From Octopus sinensis (taxonomy: Eukaryota): 64,000 nucleotides of DNA. The position numbers and the translations under genes are program-made. This document shows positions 24,133 through 38,054 of this stretch, piece after piece. Where the stretch lies: assembly GCF_006345805.1 (NCBI RefSeq), contig NC_043016.1, positions 29,822,001 to 29,886,000 of the forward strand. The letters are read 5' to 3'. A model generated the notes under the pieces. The model was not told the origin of the DNA, did not search any database, and saw nothing but the letters and a program-made list of their open reading frames with translations. Position 1 is the stretch's first letter. Each line of letters starts with the position of its first letter.

Positions 24133-24956
24133 CTGACCAGTATTGATATTTCTGATCACAGATTGAGGGAAGGCCAAAGGAGAGCTTGAAACAACTTCAA
24201 CTCCTAATATTACTGATGACAATAATGATGATGATGATGATGATAAAAAGCAACATCAACAACTATTGCTGCTGCCACTGCCACCACCAGTCATTTATTG
24301 GTTCAGCAACAGATGTTGAGTCACATAAACGAAGCAGAAGGGAATCAATGACAGGAATATGTAACAATATTCTACATCTACAAAAGTTAAGAATTTATTC
24401 GTAAAATTCCATCCTAAAATACTGTTCACTTTCGATAAAAGAAGCTTACAAGGTGAAGAAATTCCCACAAGTGTGGTACAGAGAACTTTCCACATGCATA
24501 GTGGAAAACTTAAGATATTGTCGCTAATTTTGTTCACGGCTGTGTGTTTAAGAAGCTCACTTTGAAATCAGTGGTTAGAGCATTGGTGGGCTCACAATCA
24601 TGAGGTAGTGAGTTCGATTCCTGGACCAGGCTGTATGTTATGCTCTTGAGCAAGACACTTTATTTCACGTTGCTCCAGTTCACTCAGCTCTACAAATGAG
24701 TTGTGATGCCACAGGTGCCAAGATGTATATAGCCTTTACCTTTTTCTTGGGTAACATCAGTGATGTGGAGAGAGGAGGCTGGTATGCATAGGCAACTGCT
24801 GACCTTCAATAAACAATCTAGCTAGGATTTGTGCCTCAGAGGGGAACTTTCTGAATGCAATGACCGAAAGGGGTCTTTACTTTTTATTATAACCCTGGAC
24901 CAACCAATGCCCCCTGAGTGAATTTTGTAGTTGGAAACTATCTGGAAGCTATGTGA

Positions 24957-24999
<43 letters not shown>

Positions 25000-25835
25000 T
25001 GTGGGTGTGCATGTGTTCTCCCACCCACCGTTTGACAACCAGTGTTGGTTTGTTTATATTCCCCGTAACTTAATGGTTCAGCAAAAGAGACTGATAGAAT
25101 ATGTACCAGACCTAATAATAGGTTAGTGGAGGTCAATTGGTACAACTTAAACCCTTCAAGATGTCCCATCATGGCCACAGTCCAATGACTGACTATCAAA
25201 GGATAAGTGGATAATGAACATAGTCCTAAGGTTGGAAAGTGTTTGATTATGCCTTTGCATTTTATGACCAACTTGCTTTTGCTTAGCCTTAGGCTCGGTT
25301 TTGATTAAGCAAACCTATGATCAAATATGCACCGGGCACAGTCAGCCAGCTTCTTTTTTAAGAGCATATCCATATTTTTTAATAAGAGACCAGAGTTTGA
25401 TTTGAGATTTGCCTGTTATTTCTAACAGGCGAAGTGACTACGTACAGGCTGCCTCCTCTTCCTTTCTAGTGTTAACCGCACAACTGTGAAATAAGAATGG
25501 AAATCGTTTTGATTTTAAAATCTTTTAACAGCTAGGCGAACTAAAGCCAGAAGAGTTATGGGCCTTGCTGAGACCTATAAGCAGTTTCTCACTTTCTCCC
25601 TCTCTCTTTTAATTAGAAAAGAAAGCAATGTCCATGAGTCTTTACAAGGACAGAAAGAAAAAGTTATTCTCAAACCAGATACTTAACCAGAATGCTTCTA
25701 TCAGAGTGGACTCCACTAAAAATATCCAAAGTGCTTGTTGGTGATGTTAAACTAGATGAAACTCTATAGTCACACATACACATATGAACTTATGTAGTAC
25801 GAGATTTTCCCATTTTTATGCAGTCTCCAAACACA

Positions 25836-26177
25836 TCTATCTATCTATCTACCTACCTACCTGCCTACCTACCTACAAACCTACCTACCTATCTATCTAT
25901 CTATCTATCTATCTATCCATCTACCTACCTACATACCTACCTACCTATCTATCTATCTATCTATCTACCTACCTACCTACCTACCTACCTACCAACCTAC
26001 ATACATGTCTATCTACCTACCTATCTATTTATCTGTCCATCTACCTACCTACCTACCTTTCCATTTATCTGTCTGTCTATCTATCCATCCTCCGTCTGAC
26101 TGTCTGTCTGTTTCTGTCTACCTACCAATCTATCCATCTATCTGTCTATCTATCTGCATATCTACCTTATCTATCTA
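25836..26177. repeat. Compound (TATC)n/(TACC)n/(TGTC)n microsatellite, about 340 bp
   Basis: Directly visible; explains the low-complexity ORFs at 25784-26442. Confidence 0.95.
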
Positions 26178-28119
26178 CACACACACACACACACACAAAG
26201 CCTCTACCATAGGCTCATATCTTCTCTTGGATATACATTACAATGAAAAAGCACTTTCTCTTCATTCTTCTCTTATTACTACACCTACCATCTCTCTCTC
26301 CACCCTTCTCCCTCCTCTTTATTTCCTTCTTCCCCACAACTTAATTCCCCCTGGAATGTCTTCTTTACAAGCACCTACCTGCATCATTTCAAACAGAGGA
26401 TTAATTACATTAACACTAATTTACCCCAATGAGACCTGCTAAAGGCTATGAGGACCACCTCTCCTCCTCTTCCTTCACCTACTCCTCGTGTCATTCATAA
26501 TAAATTACATGAAAAAAAAAAAAAAAGAGATGGAAAAGAAACTGTCTTCTACAATTCAAAACAAAGCCATGCAAAACAGTGCCATTTTCACAGTGGAACT
26601 CTTAGTAACACACACACACACATACATATACACACACTACATCATCATTTTAGAAGAGGTGCACCATCTCTCAAAATGACATAAAATGTGGTTAAAAGGG
26701 TTAGCATCAGAAAAGACATTTTAGCTGTAAAACACTACTTGGAAAAGTCACATCCAGTCCATGTCTGCATAGGAAAGCAGATTCATTCAGTTTTACATCT
26801 ATTTCCCCCAGCCAGCATGAGCTGGATGGATACTTATTAGAGTCAGTGTTTAAAACAAGTATGTTCTACCTGTTATCAACACTTACCTGATTTTCAAGTA
26901 AAGGATTTTTTTTTTTTTTTTTTTTTAATTTTATTCCACTAAACTTCAAATGCACAGAACTATAGAACATATTAGTTCCAAATTTTGGCACAAGGTCACC
27001 AATTTCAGGGGAGGGGAAAAGTCGGTTACATTGATCCCCAGTACTCAACTGGTACTTATTTTATCAACCTCAAGAGGATGAAAGGCAAAAATCAACCTCA
27101 GCAGAATTTGAACTCAGAAAGTGAAGACGGACAAAATGCCACTATGCATTTTGCCTGGTCTGCTAACGATTCTGCTAGCTTACCACCTTAGAGCTATAGA
27201 ACATATCAACCACAGGAAATATAAACACATCCATTACTGCTTTTTTTTTTATTTCGTTTCATTTGTTCATACAATCTCATACAGAGAAAGTGGAAATGGC
27301 AAACTCACTTGAACATACACACAAACACAATTATATATGTATTATACACACACACACTGTCCTATGCAGAGAAAGCAGAAATGGCATACTCACTTGAACA
27401 TACATACAAATACAATTATATATGTATTACACACACACACTCCTATACAATTTACACATCTACCAATTTCAACCAGAAGCCATTGGGTAATCCAAGGCAA
27501 TTGTAAAATACACTTGCTCAAGGTGTCAGTCAAACTGAATTAGGAACCATGTGGTCCTTAACAACTAAACAGCCATGTCTGTGCCTATCTTTTATCTTTT
27601 ACTTATTTCAGTCATTATACTGTGGTCATGCTGGGGCCCTGCCTTGAACAATTCTTTTATTGAGTAAATCAACCCCATTACTTATCTTTTTTGGATTTTT
27701 TTTAAGGCCTGGTACTTATTCTATCAGTATCTTTTGCTGAACCACTATGTTACAGGGACATAAACACACCAACACCAGTTGTCAAGCAGTGATGAGGGGC
27801 AAACACACACACACACACACATGCATGCATGTATGTGTGCATGATGAGCTGTTTCAGTTTCCGTCTACCAAATCCACTCACAAAGCTTTGGTCAGCCCCG
27901 AAGCTATAGCAGAAGACACTTGCCTAAGGTGCCACACAATGGGATTGAACCTTGAATCATGTGGTTAGGAGCAAGCTTCTTACCACACAGCCACGACTGC
28001 ACCTATGCCCATATCTACATGACAAATACACAGTACTGAATTAACCATTAAAACATTAATCATTAGGGCATCAAGAGAAGGGTGGCTGGCACCAAGGAAA
28101 TTAAGTTTTGGTTTGAATG

Positions 28120-28975
28120 TATCTATTGCAAGAAACTGCATAGCTCAACTTACACAAGCTAATGCGTGAAAAACAAAATAGGAATTTTGAAAGAAGTATC
28201 TATAAAACTAGGCTTTAAACATCGAATGACTATGGGGGTTCACCAGGATAAAATAGTTGTCAAAGAGGTCCACAGATTATGAATGGTTGAGAACCCTACT
28301 TTAGATGTATACAGTGGTATGAATTGCAAGAAACAGCTAGGTTTCTTCCTCTAACATTTTACATTGTTCAACCCACAAAAGCTAATGTGTGATAAACAAA
28401 ATAGGAATTTTGAAAGACATTTCTATAAAACTAGTTTTTAAACATCGGGTGGCTATAGGGTCCACCAGAATAAAATAGTTATCAACGGAATTCATAAATA
28501 AAAAATAGTTGAGAGCCTCTGCTTTAGATGTATGTATTGGAGTATGTATTGCAAGAAACAGCTGGGTTTCTTTCTCTAACATTTTACATAATTAAACCTA
28601 CACAACTTAATGTGAGAAAAACAAAATAGGAATTTTGAAAGACATTTCTATAAAACTAGTTTTTAAACATCGGGTGGCAATGGGGTCCACCATAATAGAA
28701 TAGTAATAAAAAGAATCCATAGATAAAAAATAGTTGAGAGCCTCTGCTTTAGATGTATACAGTGGTATGAATTGCAAGAAACAGCTAGGTTTCTTCCTCT
28801 AACATTTTACATTGTTCAACCCACAAAAGCTAATGTGTGAAAAACAAAATAGGAATTTTGAAAGAAGTTTCTATAAAACTGGTTTTTAAACATCAAATAA
28901 CTAAGAGGTCCACCAGAATAAAATATAACCAAAGGGATCTGTAGATTAAAAATGGTTGAGAACCACCGACCTAAA
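28120..28975. repeat. About 224-bp tandem repeat, roughly 3.8 copies
   Basis: The marker caaaataggaattttgaaaga occurs at 28174, 28397, 28622 and 28845 (spacings 223, 225, 223). Confidence 0.93.
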
Positions 28976-29239
28976 ACTATATTAAAAGGATGTCTGAAAT
29001 GCTCTTAGTGAGATTGAGCATGGATCCTCATGATTATGAAGCAAACTTCTTAACCATTTGTCCATAACTGCTTCCTCTGTATTTATATATTCATATCATT
29101 TAACTTTTCTTTTTACTTGTTTTGGTCAATGGATTGCAACCATGCTGGAGCACCACCTTAAACAGTTTAATCAAACAAATCAACCACAGTACTTATTTTA
29201 AGTCTGGTATTTATTTTATCAACCTCTTTTGCCTAATTA

Positions 29240-29751
29240 CCATAAATCCTCGAGTATAGTTCACCCTTGAGTATAATATGCAGGGGATTTTTAGGGGGCT
29301 GTAACTCTGAAAAACCTAAACCTTGTGTATAATACGCACCCCTTCTCTAACTTGAGTCAAGGAGGTCTATATAATGTCCTTGGTTTGTAAAAATGTATAT
29401 GGTAACGTCCTTTATTATTATTGTATATATAACATAATGCAAACGTGTAGCTTTTTTGTGCATTTTGTTTGCAGAAAATAAAGAAATAACAGTAATAACA
29501 TTTAATAAATGTTGCTTATTGCAAGCTATGGATGATTCTTTTATGACTTCATTGCTTTCAGGTTTAGCTTAAGGTATTTTCATGCCTGACATCACAAAAT
29601 ACGCCTGAATAAACATTGCCAGACAGCAAATAGAGACTCGGACATTGCTTAGAAAATAATTTTCATTTTTAACTTCGTATATAGCACACACTAGGGATTT
29701 TGACCTTTAAATTTTGGGAAAAAAGTGCGGATTATACTCGAGGATTTATGG
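29240..29751. mobile_element. Tc1/mariner-superfamily (pogo/Tigger-like) MITE, 512 bp, nested in a family-B SINE
   Basis: Perfect 19-bp TIR ccataaatcctcgagtata/tatactcgaggatttatgg and TA duplication at 29238-29239 and 29752-29753. The SINE sequence resumes on both sides. Confidence 0.9.
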
Positions 29752-32700
29752 TACTTTAATAAGTTATGGGGACATAAACCAACCAACACAAGTTATTAAG
29801 TAGTGAGAGAGAGGGCAAACACACACACAATGGGCTTCCACACAGTTTCCACTTCCCAAATTCACTCACAAGGCATTGATTGATTCAGGGCTTTAGTAGA
29901 AGACTTTGCCTAAGGTGACGTACAGTGGGACTGAACCCAAAGACATATGGTTATAAAGCAAGCTGCTTAAGGATTGCAGCTAATCTGCAGTACCAAAAAA
30001 ACCCTAGTAGTTATTCTTAACAACCATGAAACAGAGACATAATTTCAAGACATTTAGGATTTACTTCACAGAAAATTTATAATTTTCACTCCTAAGGGGG
30101 TGGGGTGGGGGAAGCTTATTTTTACTTGTAGAAAAGATGACAATTACACATGTTTCAGTCTTATTAGGTCTCATTAGTAAAGCCTTTTGTTCTTGAGCTT
30201 GCTTTGTTCAAGGGACGGAGACTGTTAGGTGTAGACAGAAAAATTACTAACAACTGTAGCTAATAAAATTTACATAACAGGAAAAATAAATAAAAACAAA
30301 ATGAACAGGAATAAGTAGAGGATGGCTTGAACTCAGAAAGTTCATTTAAGTGTAAGAAATATTTTCACTTCCCCAGCATGGCCACAGCCTTTTTTGACTG
30401 AATTGATTAAAAAAAAAAAAAAAAAAAAAAAAAGTCACTAATGAATGATGTGAAATTTTTGTTTTCTTTCCCCAACTAACTGGCAAAGTTGAATTCATTG
30501 AGAATGTTCATGCTATATGTCTCTACCTGCCTGAATTATTTAAATTCATGCTATTAGCCTACTTGATAATTCCCTTAGCTCACATTACACACAAACACAT
30601 TTATACATAAAGTTAATGTCTCCCTCTTGGATACTGTTTATGCAGCTGTCAATCACTAGAGAAAATGAATGTTTCCATAGCTAGTTAACCAATAAATATA
30701 TCTGTGTTTGTGTATGTGTGTGTGTGTGTGTGTTTATATTTGCACTATATGAAAGTCATTTGGTGTGAATGGTGTTGTCCTTTCTCCTCCAGACAAATTG
30801 CATGCTTCCCACCTTCAAAGTTGTGCAAAATAAGAGATACCTTACTTAAGAAAAGCAGGTGAGGGTTAACAACAGGAAAGGCATCCTGCTGCAACACAAT
30901 GCCTCGATAATATATTCGTCTAACCCATGCTAGCATGTGAAAAAAAAAAAAGCATACATAAAAGGAAAGAACAAACAAATGAAATGTGTTGTTGATGCTC
31001 AAAAGTTTTTAGTTTGGTATATATCTTTGTATCTTTATTTTGGGTTCAAATCCTGCTGGTTTTAATCTCAGCTTCATTGAACTAACAATAACTTTCCACA
31101 CCAATAACTGTCTTTCTCTCTCTCTCTCTCTATAAAAAAAAAACAAACAAACAAAACTGGCCACATGCCTAGCCAAGAAAACAATTTTAAAAACCCTCAT
31201 TGCTATTATTGATAAGTAAACACTCCAAAATAGTATTGCTGAAGTGCTCTGTGACAGAATATTATTACTAACTTATACAGTAACAATAGAAGCAAAACAT
31301 AAAAAAAAAAAAAAAAATAACATATATAACAATGAAATATATCATCATCATCACTATTATTATTATTATTATTATTATGATGATGATGAACATTAAATCG
31401 AGAGTAGAGTATAAGCCAAGGTCAGGTATAGCAGGGTAAAAAAAAAATGACAAGAATGGCATATTTCCAATCCTACAGAGAATAAAACAATGATGTCATC
31501 TCCCAGCAAACATTAGATTTCATATCAGGTTCTGGTCAGCAACAAAATGATATCAGCAATAAAGCTCCCAGTGTAACCATTTCACTCATTCCATTAATGC
31601 CGGTAAGGAAGGAGAAGAACACAAAGAATCCCATTCCAGCTCTCTCTTTCTCTCTCTGAAATCAACATTTAAAAAAAAAAAATCACCCATTGATGGATGG
31701 ATGAGATATTTGTGCTTGCGGAAGAATCAAATAATTGACTTTCTTTACTGCACCTAATCAATCATAGCTGTGCAGGCCAGGGTAAATTTAATTTTCTTTT
31801 TAAGGAACACTGGCAGTTGCCCATGTGTGCATGTCTCCTCTCTATGTCTGTCTGTAATGTTTATTAAAGAAAAGGTTGCTAACTTGGGCTGATACACATT
31901 GGCACTAGTGTCATTGCAAGAGTTGCTGTTAGGATACAAACTACTGGGAAAGATACAATACAGTGACATCCTTCCAGACCCTGCCCAACAATTCTACCAA
32001 TCCCTTATCCTGGATTGATACTTAAGTTGTCAACTCTAAAATGATGAAAGGTGAAGTTGACCTCAGTGACATTTGAACTCAGAGCATAGACAATCTGGAC
32101 AAAAACTATAAGACATTTTATCCAATGCTCTAATGCCAATTCACAGCCTAAGCTGTGGTATAGGTCAAATAAATATTTACACTTCTCGAGGCTGGCAGGG
32201 TAAAATGTATTGAGAACAGGACTGGACTAGGCTGGACTTCACAGTTGTCACCGCTACTGAGCTGGTTAATTTTTCTTTTGTCACTTTGACTCAAATTTGA
32301 AACAAATTGACTTCAGTACTTATTTTTTAAATCTGGTACCCAGTCTCTTTCGTTGAACTGCTAACTTATGAGGATGTAAACAAACCAACAGCAATTGTCA
32401 ACTGACAAACAACAGGGAAAAATACTCAGTAGAAATTCTTTGATGAGCAACATCATGAAACTCAAGAGTAGTACAACACACGTATACACACATACACACA
32501 TGCACGCGTACAGCAGGCTCCGATATAATTTATGTCTACTAATGTTTCACTCATATAGCCAATTTCTTAAACATAAATTTTAACAACAAAATCTTACATG
32601 GATCTCCAAGGACCACATGGATCTCAATTGAAAACTACTGTTTTACATGCTCACTCGACTTGTTAGAAATAGCAGCCAAATCTCCCTCTAGCCATATCCT

Positions 32701-34429
32701 ACTGTCTTTTTTTTTTTTTAAAAAAAGGACACATTGGATAATATAGTGTAAGATAGTGGGGATTGAAATAGTGATGGACAAATTACTCTATTTAATAAAT
32801 TTAGGATGGTTTCAAACTTTGCCTAAAACCATGACGAAGAAAGGAAGAAAAAGACAGAAACAAACAAACAAAGAAGAATTATATGGAAATAAACTCTATT
32901 GTGCCTTCTCCTTAATAAGGGGAAGAACGAGGTGGGTGAAAATATTTTACTAATATTTGGTGTGAGGGGAGGGAATGGTAATTGAACTACTGGTCTAGGA
33001 ACGGCAATCCCCCCCCACCACCACCACTACCATCAATCACCACCATAAAAAGGGATAAGGTGAGTATGGCTTCAATGTCTTTTGGTCATGGTCCTGTTTG
33101 ATCAAGATTACCTTGAGACTAAATAACAACAAGATCTATGAATGGACAAATTACCTTATTATAATGTTTAGGACTTGCCTGCTCTTGGTTAACAAATAAT
33201 TAAACACATAGTAGTAGTAAATATATTTCTTAATGAAACACACACACACACACACACACACAAATTTTTTGGAAAAAATCAATTACATGTGGCATCTACA
33301 TCATTATGTGTGTATGTGTTTGTGTGTGTGTGTGTGCTGGCATATATATATATATATTCTTTATTTATTTCAGCCATCTGACTACGACCATACTGAAGCA
33401 CCACCTTTAGTCAAAGAAATTGATCCCAGGACTTATTCTTTGTAAGCCTAGTACTTATTCTATCGGTCACTTTTTGCCGAAACACTAAGTTACAGGGACG
33501 TAAACGCACCAAGGCTGGCTGTCAAGTGATGGTAGGGGGACAAACTCACACACACACACACGCGCGCACACACACGCGCGCACACACACATATACACGCA
33601 TACGACAGGCTTCTTTCAGTTTCTGTGTACCAAATCCATTCACAAGGCTTTGTCGGCTCGAGGATATAGTAGAAGACACTTGTCGAAGATGCCACACTTG
33701 CACCTATATGGATATGTGTATGTGTGTATATATATATACATATATACATGCACACACACACGCAAACACAGTAGCCTGGTGTAGTCTTCTACCTGCCCAG
33801 CTCCTGTTAAACCGTTTAACCTATGTCATCATGGAAGACGGACTTTAAATGATGATGATGATATATGTATGCATGTATGTACGTATATATATTTATACAT
33901 ACATGCATAATATATATATATATATAATATATATATATATTATATATATATATATATAGCAGAAGCAACAGAGTGACTCAAGGGCTGACAGTTGATAAAT
34001 GCTAATGTATGAAACTCTTGGCACTTGAATCACTCTGTTGCTTATGTGAAATTAAAAAAAATATATATACCTACTTGTGTTTTGGGTTCTATTTTCCTAT
34101 TAGCATCAACACACACACAAACATACATATATACTATATACATCCACCTACTAACACACACACATATAGAGAGAGATTTCACATCAATGTTATATTTAAA
34201 TAATGCCAAGTAGGTTGATAGTGTTAGAAATAATAGAATGATGGATTAGTTTTATGTCCATCCTTTACTTTCCACTGGTGAATCTGATGCAGTTAATGTT
34301 GAGATTAACAGTGCTGAAAGGGTCAATACTGGCAGGAAATGTATGGCCAAGGAGGAAACTGGTGTGAGGGTTAGGGGGAGACTGATGGGTCAAATATTTT
34401 AGCACAGAATGTGTGAGTGTGTGATGAGG

Positions 34430-34660
34430 AGGGAGAGAGAGGTTAGAAGATTATGCGGCGGATAGATTCAGGCAGAGATGTTATGCAGCCAACTAGTTCC
34501 GAAGAGCAGTAGTCATAGTAGCAGTGGTAGTAAAAGAGGCGAGGAGAAGACACAGCAGATTTATGAACAAGTGTTTGTGGTGTACTGGTGGGCAATCTTT
34601 GAGTAATCAACTGAACTGATCCTCTTTTAAATATGGCCAACAATGTTTCTACGTGTAGCA
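34430..34660 (-). mobile_element. CR1/L2/Jockey-like LINE fragment, post-RT C-terminal region
   Basis: Translation ...VSSPRLFYYHCYYDYCSSELVGCIT resembles the LSLFYRYY.G.CSSELA motif. Similar decayed pieces at about 45100-45400 (+) and 54310-54580 (-), and an APE-like DFNAHN piece at about 50820-50870 (+). Confidence 0.6.
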
Positions 34661-35199
34661 GCAGCAGTACTTATATTTGATTATGTTGGCAGTCCTTCAA
34701 CGTGGTTCTCTATTTCAGAGTGTTAAACAAGTGAGAAACCAAAGTATTTTCTGAAACTTAGCCCTTAGACTGAAATTTAGGCAGTGTTTTAAATGTGAGT
34801 CCACCGTAAGATATAACCAGAGAATTGAAACCTTGTATTTGTAACAATTTAGAATCTTTAGAGTGTGATGGATTCATAATCAACACCATCATCGTTTAGT
34901 GACAGCCTTCCATGCTGGTATGGGTTGGACAGTTTGACAGGAGTTGGCAAGCTGGGGAACTGCACCATACTTCTGTGTCTGTTTTGGCATGGGTTTTATG
35001 GCTGGATGTCCTTCCTAGCACCAACCAACCCACCCACAGAGTGGGCTGAGTGCTTTTTACATGGCAACAGCATTCATGTGCAAATAATGATGTAGCGTGA
35101 GGCTGTGAAATGTGAAGGTGGGGAATATATTTTTTGTTGTTACAGAACATTAAATTGTACTATCTCTACCAAAGAATGTTCTCAATAGACAAACCCTTC

Positions 35200-35430
35200 A
35201 TCTTAGATGGTACCAACAGTATATCAACAAACTGAGACCAGCCATTAACAACAGGGAGGGAGGAACCACATGAAGGAGACTGGTTACTATAGCAACACCA
35301 GTTTGCACACATCACCTTCCTCCCCCTACCTCCTCCTTCCCCACATATCCGAGCAACAACTTTTCTTTTCCTCGCTTTTACCAAATGTCCTGAAGAAGGG
35401 ATTATAACCCTGAAATATAGAAATACAAGG
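35200..35430 (+). mobile_element. Penelope-like element 3' end: GIY-YIG C-terminal remnant followed by a pseudo-LTR
   Basis: YINKLRPAINNRE from 35220 resembles the E..hI...P.LN end of PLE endonucleases; a hammerhead motif lies 130 bp downstream. Confidence 0.6.
35385..35424 (+). ncRNA. Minimal type I hammerhead ribozyme motif
   Basis: Stem I AUGUC/GAAAU (one mismatch); CUGAAGA; stem II AGGG/CCCU with a 7-nt loop; GAAA; palindromic stem III AUAU; cleavage triplet AUA. Confidence 0.6.
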
Positions 35431-35515
35431 TAGAATTGCAACTTTTTTTTGTTTACTTTTCCTTTTCTAGTTTACTTTGCACCTTTTTTGCATTGTTCCA
35501 GCCTTACACAACAAA

Positions 35516-35998
35516 TCTTTATATATAAAAGTGAGGTTGTGTGCTGTCTGTCTCCTACGATTTAGATTCCTAACTACTCCCACATTTTGTGGTGCAGTTT
35601 AACCAAAACCGGGTATCTTATAGTCATGATTCATATCGAGCCCTTCTGGGTATTAGCGTGCATCTACGATGAGTCTACGATTTAAAAAAAAAATTTACCA
35701 TCAATTTTTCCCATTTTTAATGCATTTTTGGCATATATAAGGGAAGTAACTCTCTAAAAATTTATTATTAAATCTCAGAACGTAAAAAGCTACAGTAACA
35801 CCCCCCCCCTTGTGGTTAGCCATATTGAGATGGCTATTAAAATGCTTATATAGTTATGGCTATTATATTATATTATGGCTATAATAACTTGTATAGTTAT
35901 TATGGCTATTAAAATGCTTATATAGTTATTATGGCTATTAAAATGCTTATATAGTTATTTCCCTTACAAACCCGAGCAACGCCGGGCGATACTGCTAG
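35516..35998 (+). mobile_element. Non-autonomous Helitron with an internal ~29-bp tandem amplification
   Basis: a|TC start; hairpin cccgagcaacgccggg; CTAG|t end. The 3' ~60 bp are nearly identical to the 18032-18418 copy. Confidence 0.85.
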
Positions 35999-38054
35999 TC
36001 TCCTATAAGAAAGTATTGGTACACCAATTAAGGAAGTGCTGATGTATCAAACATCTAAGAATGTGCTGGAGGTACTGACTGTCTAAGAAAAGTTACATAA
36101 ATACTAATAAGTAAGTACAAGTTATTAAAAAAGAGGTGCCTTTGAAGTAAGGATATTATGAACAAATATTGAGATATTATATAAATAAAAGAACAATTAG
36201 CTACAGAACTTCACAAGTTAGTTATGTACAAATTCTTTAACATTTAATCTTTGAAAATAATCAAACCAAGAATTTATATCAAGTAAATTGGAATAACCAA
36301 AGAATTTACATTGATAAGGGAAAATATGTAATGTAATGTAAATAGGTTGGATGCAGGGAGAGGGGAGCAGTAGAATTTATTAGAGAGAGAGAGAGAGATT
36401 GTAGCCATAACGGCATGTGTAGGGCTAGGGTGTGGTGCATTGGAGATACGTGTAGGGAGGCTGTAGTAATACAAAAATAGGTGTAAAGTAGGTATTTGGA
36501 TGCAGAGTGAATGGTTGGGAAATGGTCAGTGGATGTAGGAATGTGCATGTGAAGGCATATGACTCAGTGTTTAGAACATTGGGGTCACAACCATGAGGTA
36601 GTGAGTTCAGTTCCTGAACTGGGCTGTGTGTTGTGTTTTTGAGCAAGACACTTTATTTCACATTGCTTCAGTTCACTCAGCTGTTGAAATGAGCTGTGAT
36701 GTCACTGGTGCCAAGCTGTATTGGCTTTTGCCTTTCCCTTGGCTAACATCGGTAGCATGGAGAGGGTAGACTGGTATGCATGGGTGACTGCTGGTCTTCC
36801 ATAAACAAGCTTGCCTGGACTTGTGCCTAGGAAGGGAATTTTCTAGGTGCAATCCCATGGTCATTCATGACTGGGGGTGGGGGTGGGGGTTAACCCTTTA
36901 CCCCTTTTACAACACAAACTTCAAATGATAATATGAGTAAACGAAAACCTGAAAACTTCTTCTGGAGACAGTTGAGAAATCCTGTTAATTTTAGTGATTT
37001 AGGAGAAGAGTAAGCGATAATACAGAACACAGTTGGAAAAATCTGTTAGTTCAAGAGTCATATATGATCACTGGGACTCAGTTGGGTTACAATGCTGAGG
37101 GTCCCAGTAGATCCGATCAACGGAACAGCCTGCTCATGAAATTAACGTGCAAATGGCTGAGTACTCCACAGACATGCTTACTCTTAACGTACTTCCCAGG
37201 GAAATTTAGCATGACCAAGAATGTAACAAGGTCAGTCCTTCGAAATACAAGTAATACTCATTTTTGCCAGCTGAGTGGACTGGAGCAACGTGAAATAAAG
37301 TGTCTTGTACAAGGACACAATATGCAACCGGGAATTGAACTCACAACCATACAATTGTGAACTAAATACCCTAACCACTAAGCTATGCACCTCCTCATAT
37401 ATGATAAACTATAAAACAGGCATGGACATGCTTCCCTTGAAAAAGAAAAAAAAAAAATTTTTCTTTAGCATCTTTTAGCTATCACACACATTTAAAGATA
37501 AACCTACTTGGACGTCCAGATAATAGACAGGCAGGACAGACAGGTAAATAAAATAGATAAGCAGTTCTAATTCACTAAGGGACACCTGCCACTTAAATAA
37601 CATCTAGGCAAGGACATGGAAATGTCTTTAGGTGAATTAAAGAAATTACAGGATTTAACATTAGTTTGCAGATACAAAAACAAAGCAGTTCCTACTTTAT
37701 CAGTATTAGATATGTGTGAATGTGTTGAGTTAGTAAAAGTGTCTGGAGCCAGTATACATCTTATCTAATATTGTTGAACTTTACAGACCAGAGAACAAGA
37801 TATATAGAGAGAGAAGGTTAAGAATAAGCTAATGAGAAGATATGTTCTGCATAGGAATTAAAGAATGGGCATCAAACGTTTGATGTCGATGACAATGATG
37901 ATAATGTCAAGAGATAATCGGTTAGAAACAAAATATAAAGTTAAAAATCTTAATATTAATCAACATTTTGTTTCTAAATAAAAGTATTAAAGTGAAATGT
38001 TGAACATTGATGATTTGAAGCCACCCAGTAAAATTTTTCCCACAAATGATTTAT

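Noticed and set aside
25784-26442. Long ORFs rich in YLSI/PTYL
   Set aside because: They are translations of tetranucleotide microsatellites.
28120-28975. Repeat-spacer appearance reminiscent of a CRISPR array
   Set aside because: The units are ~224 bp with homologous spacers, the context is eukaryotic, and there are no cas genes.
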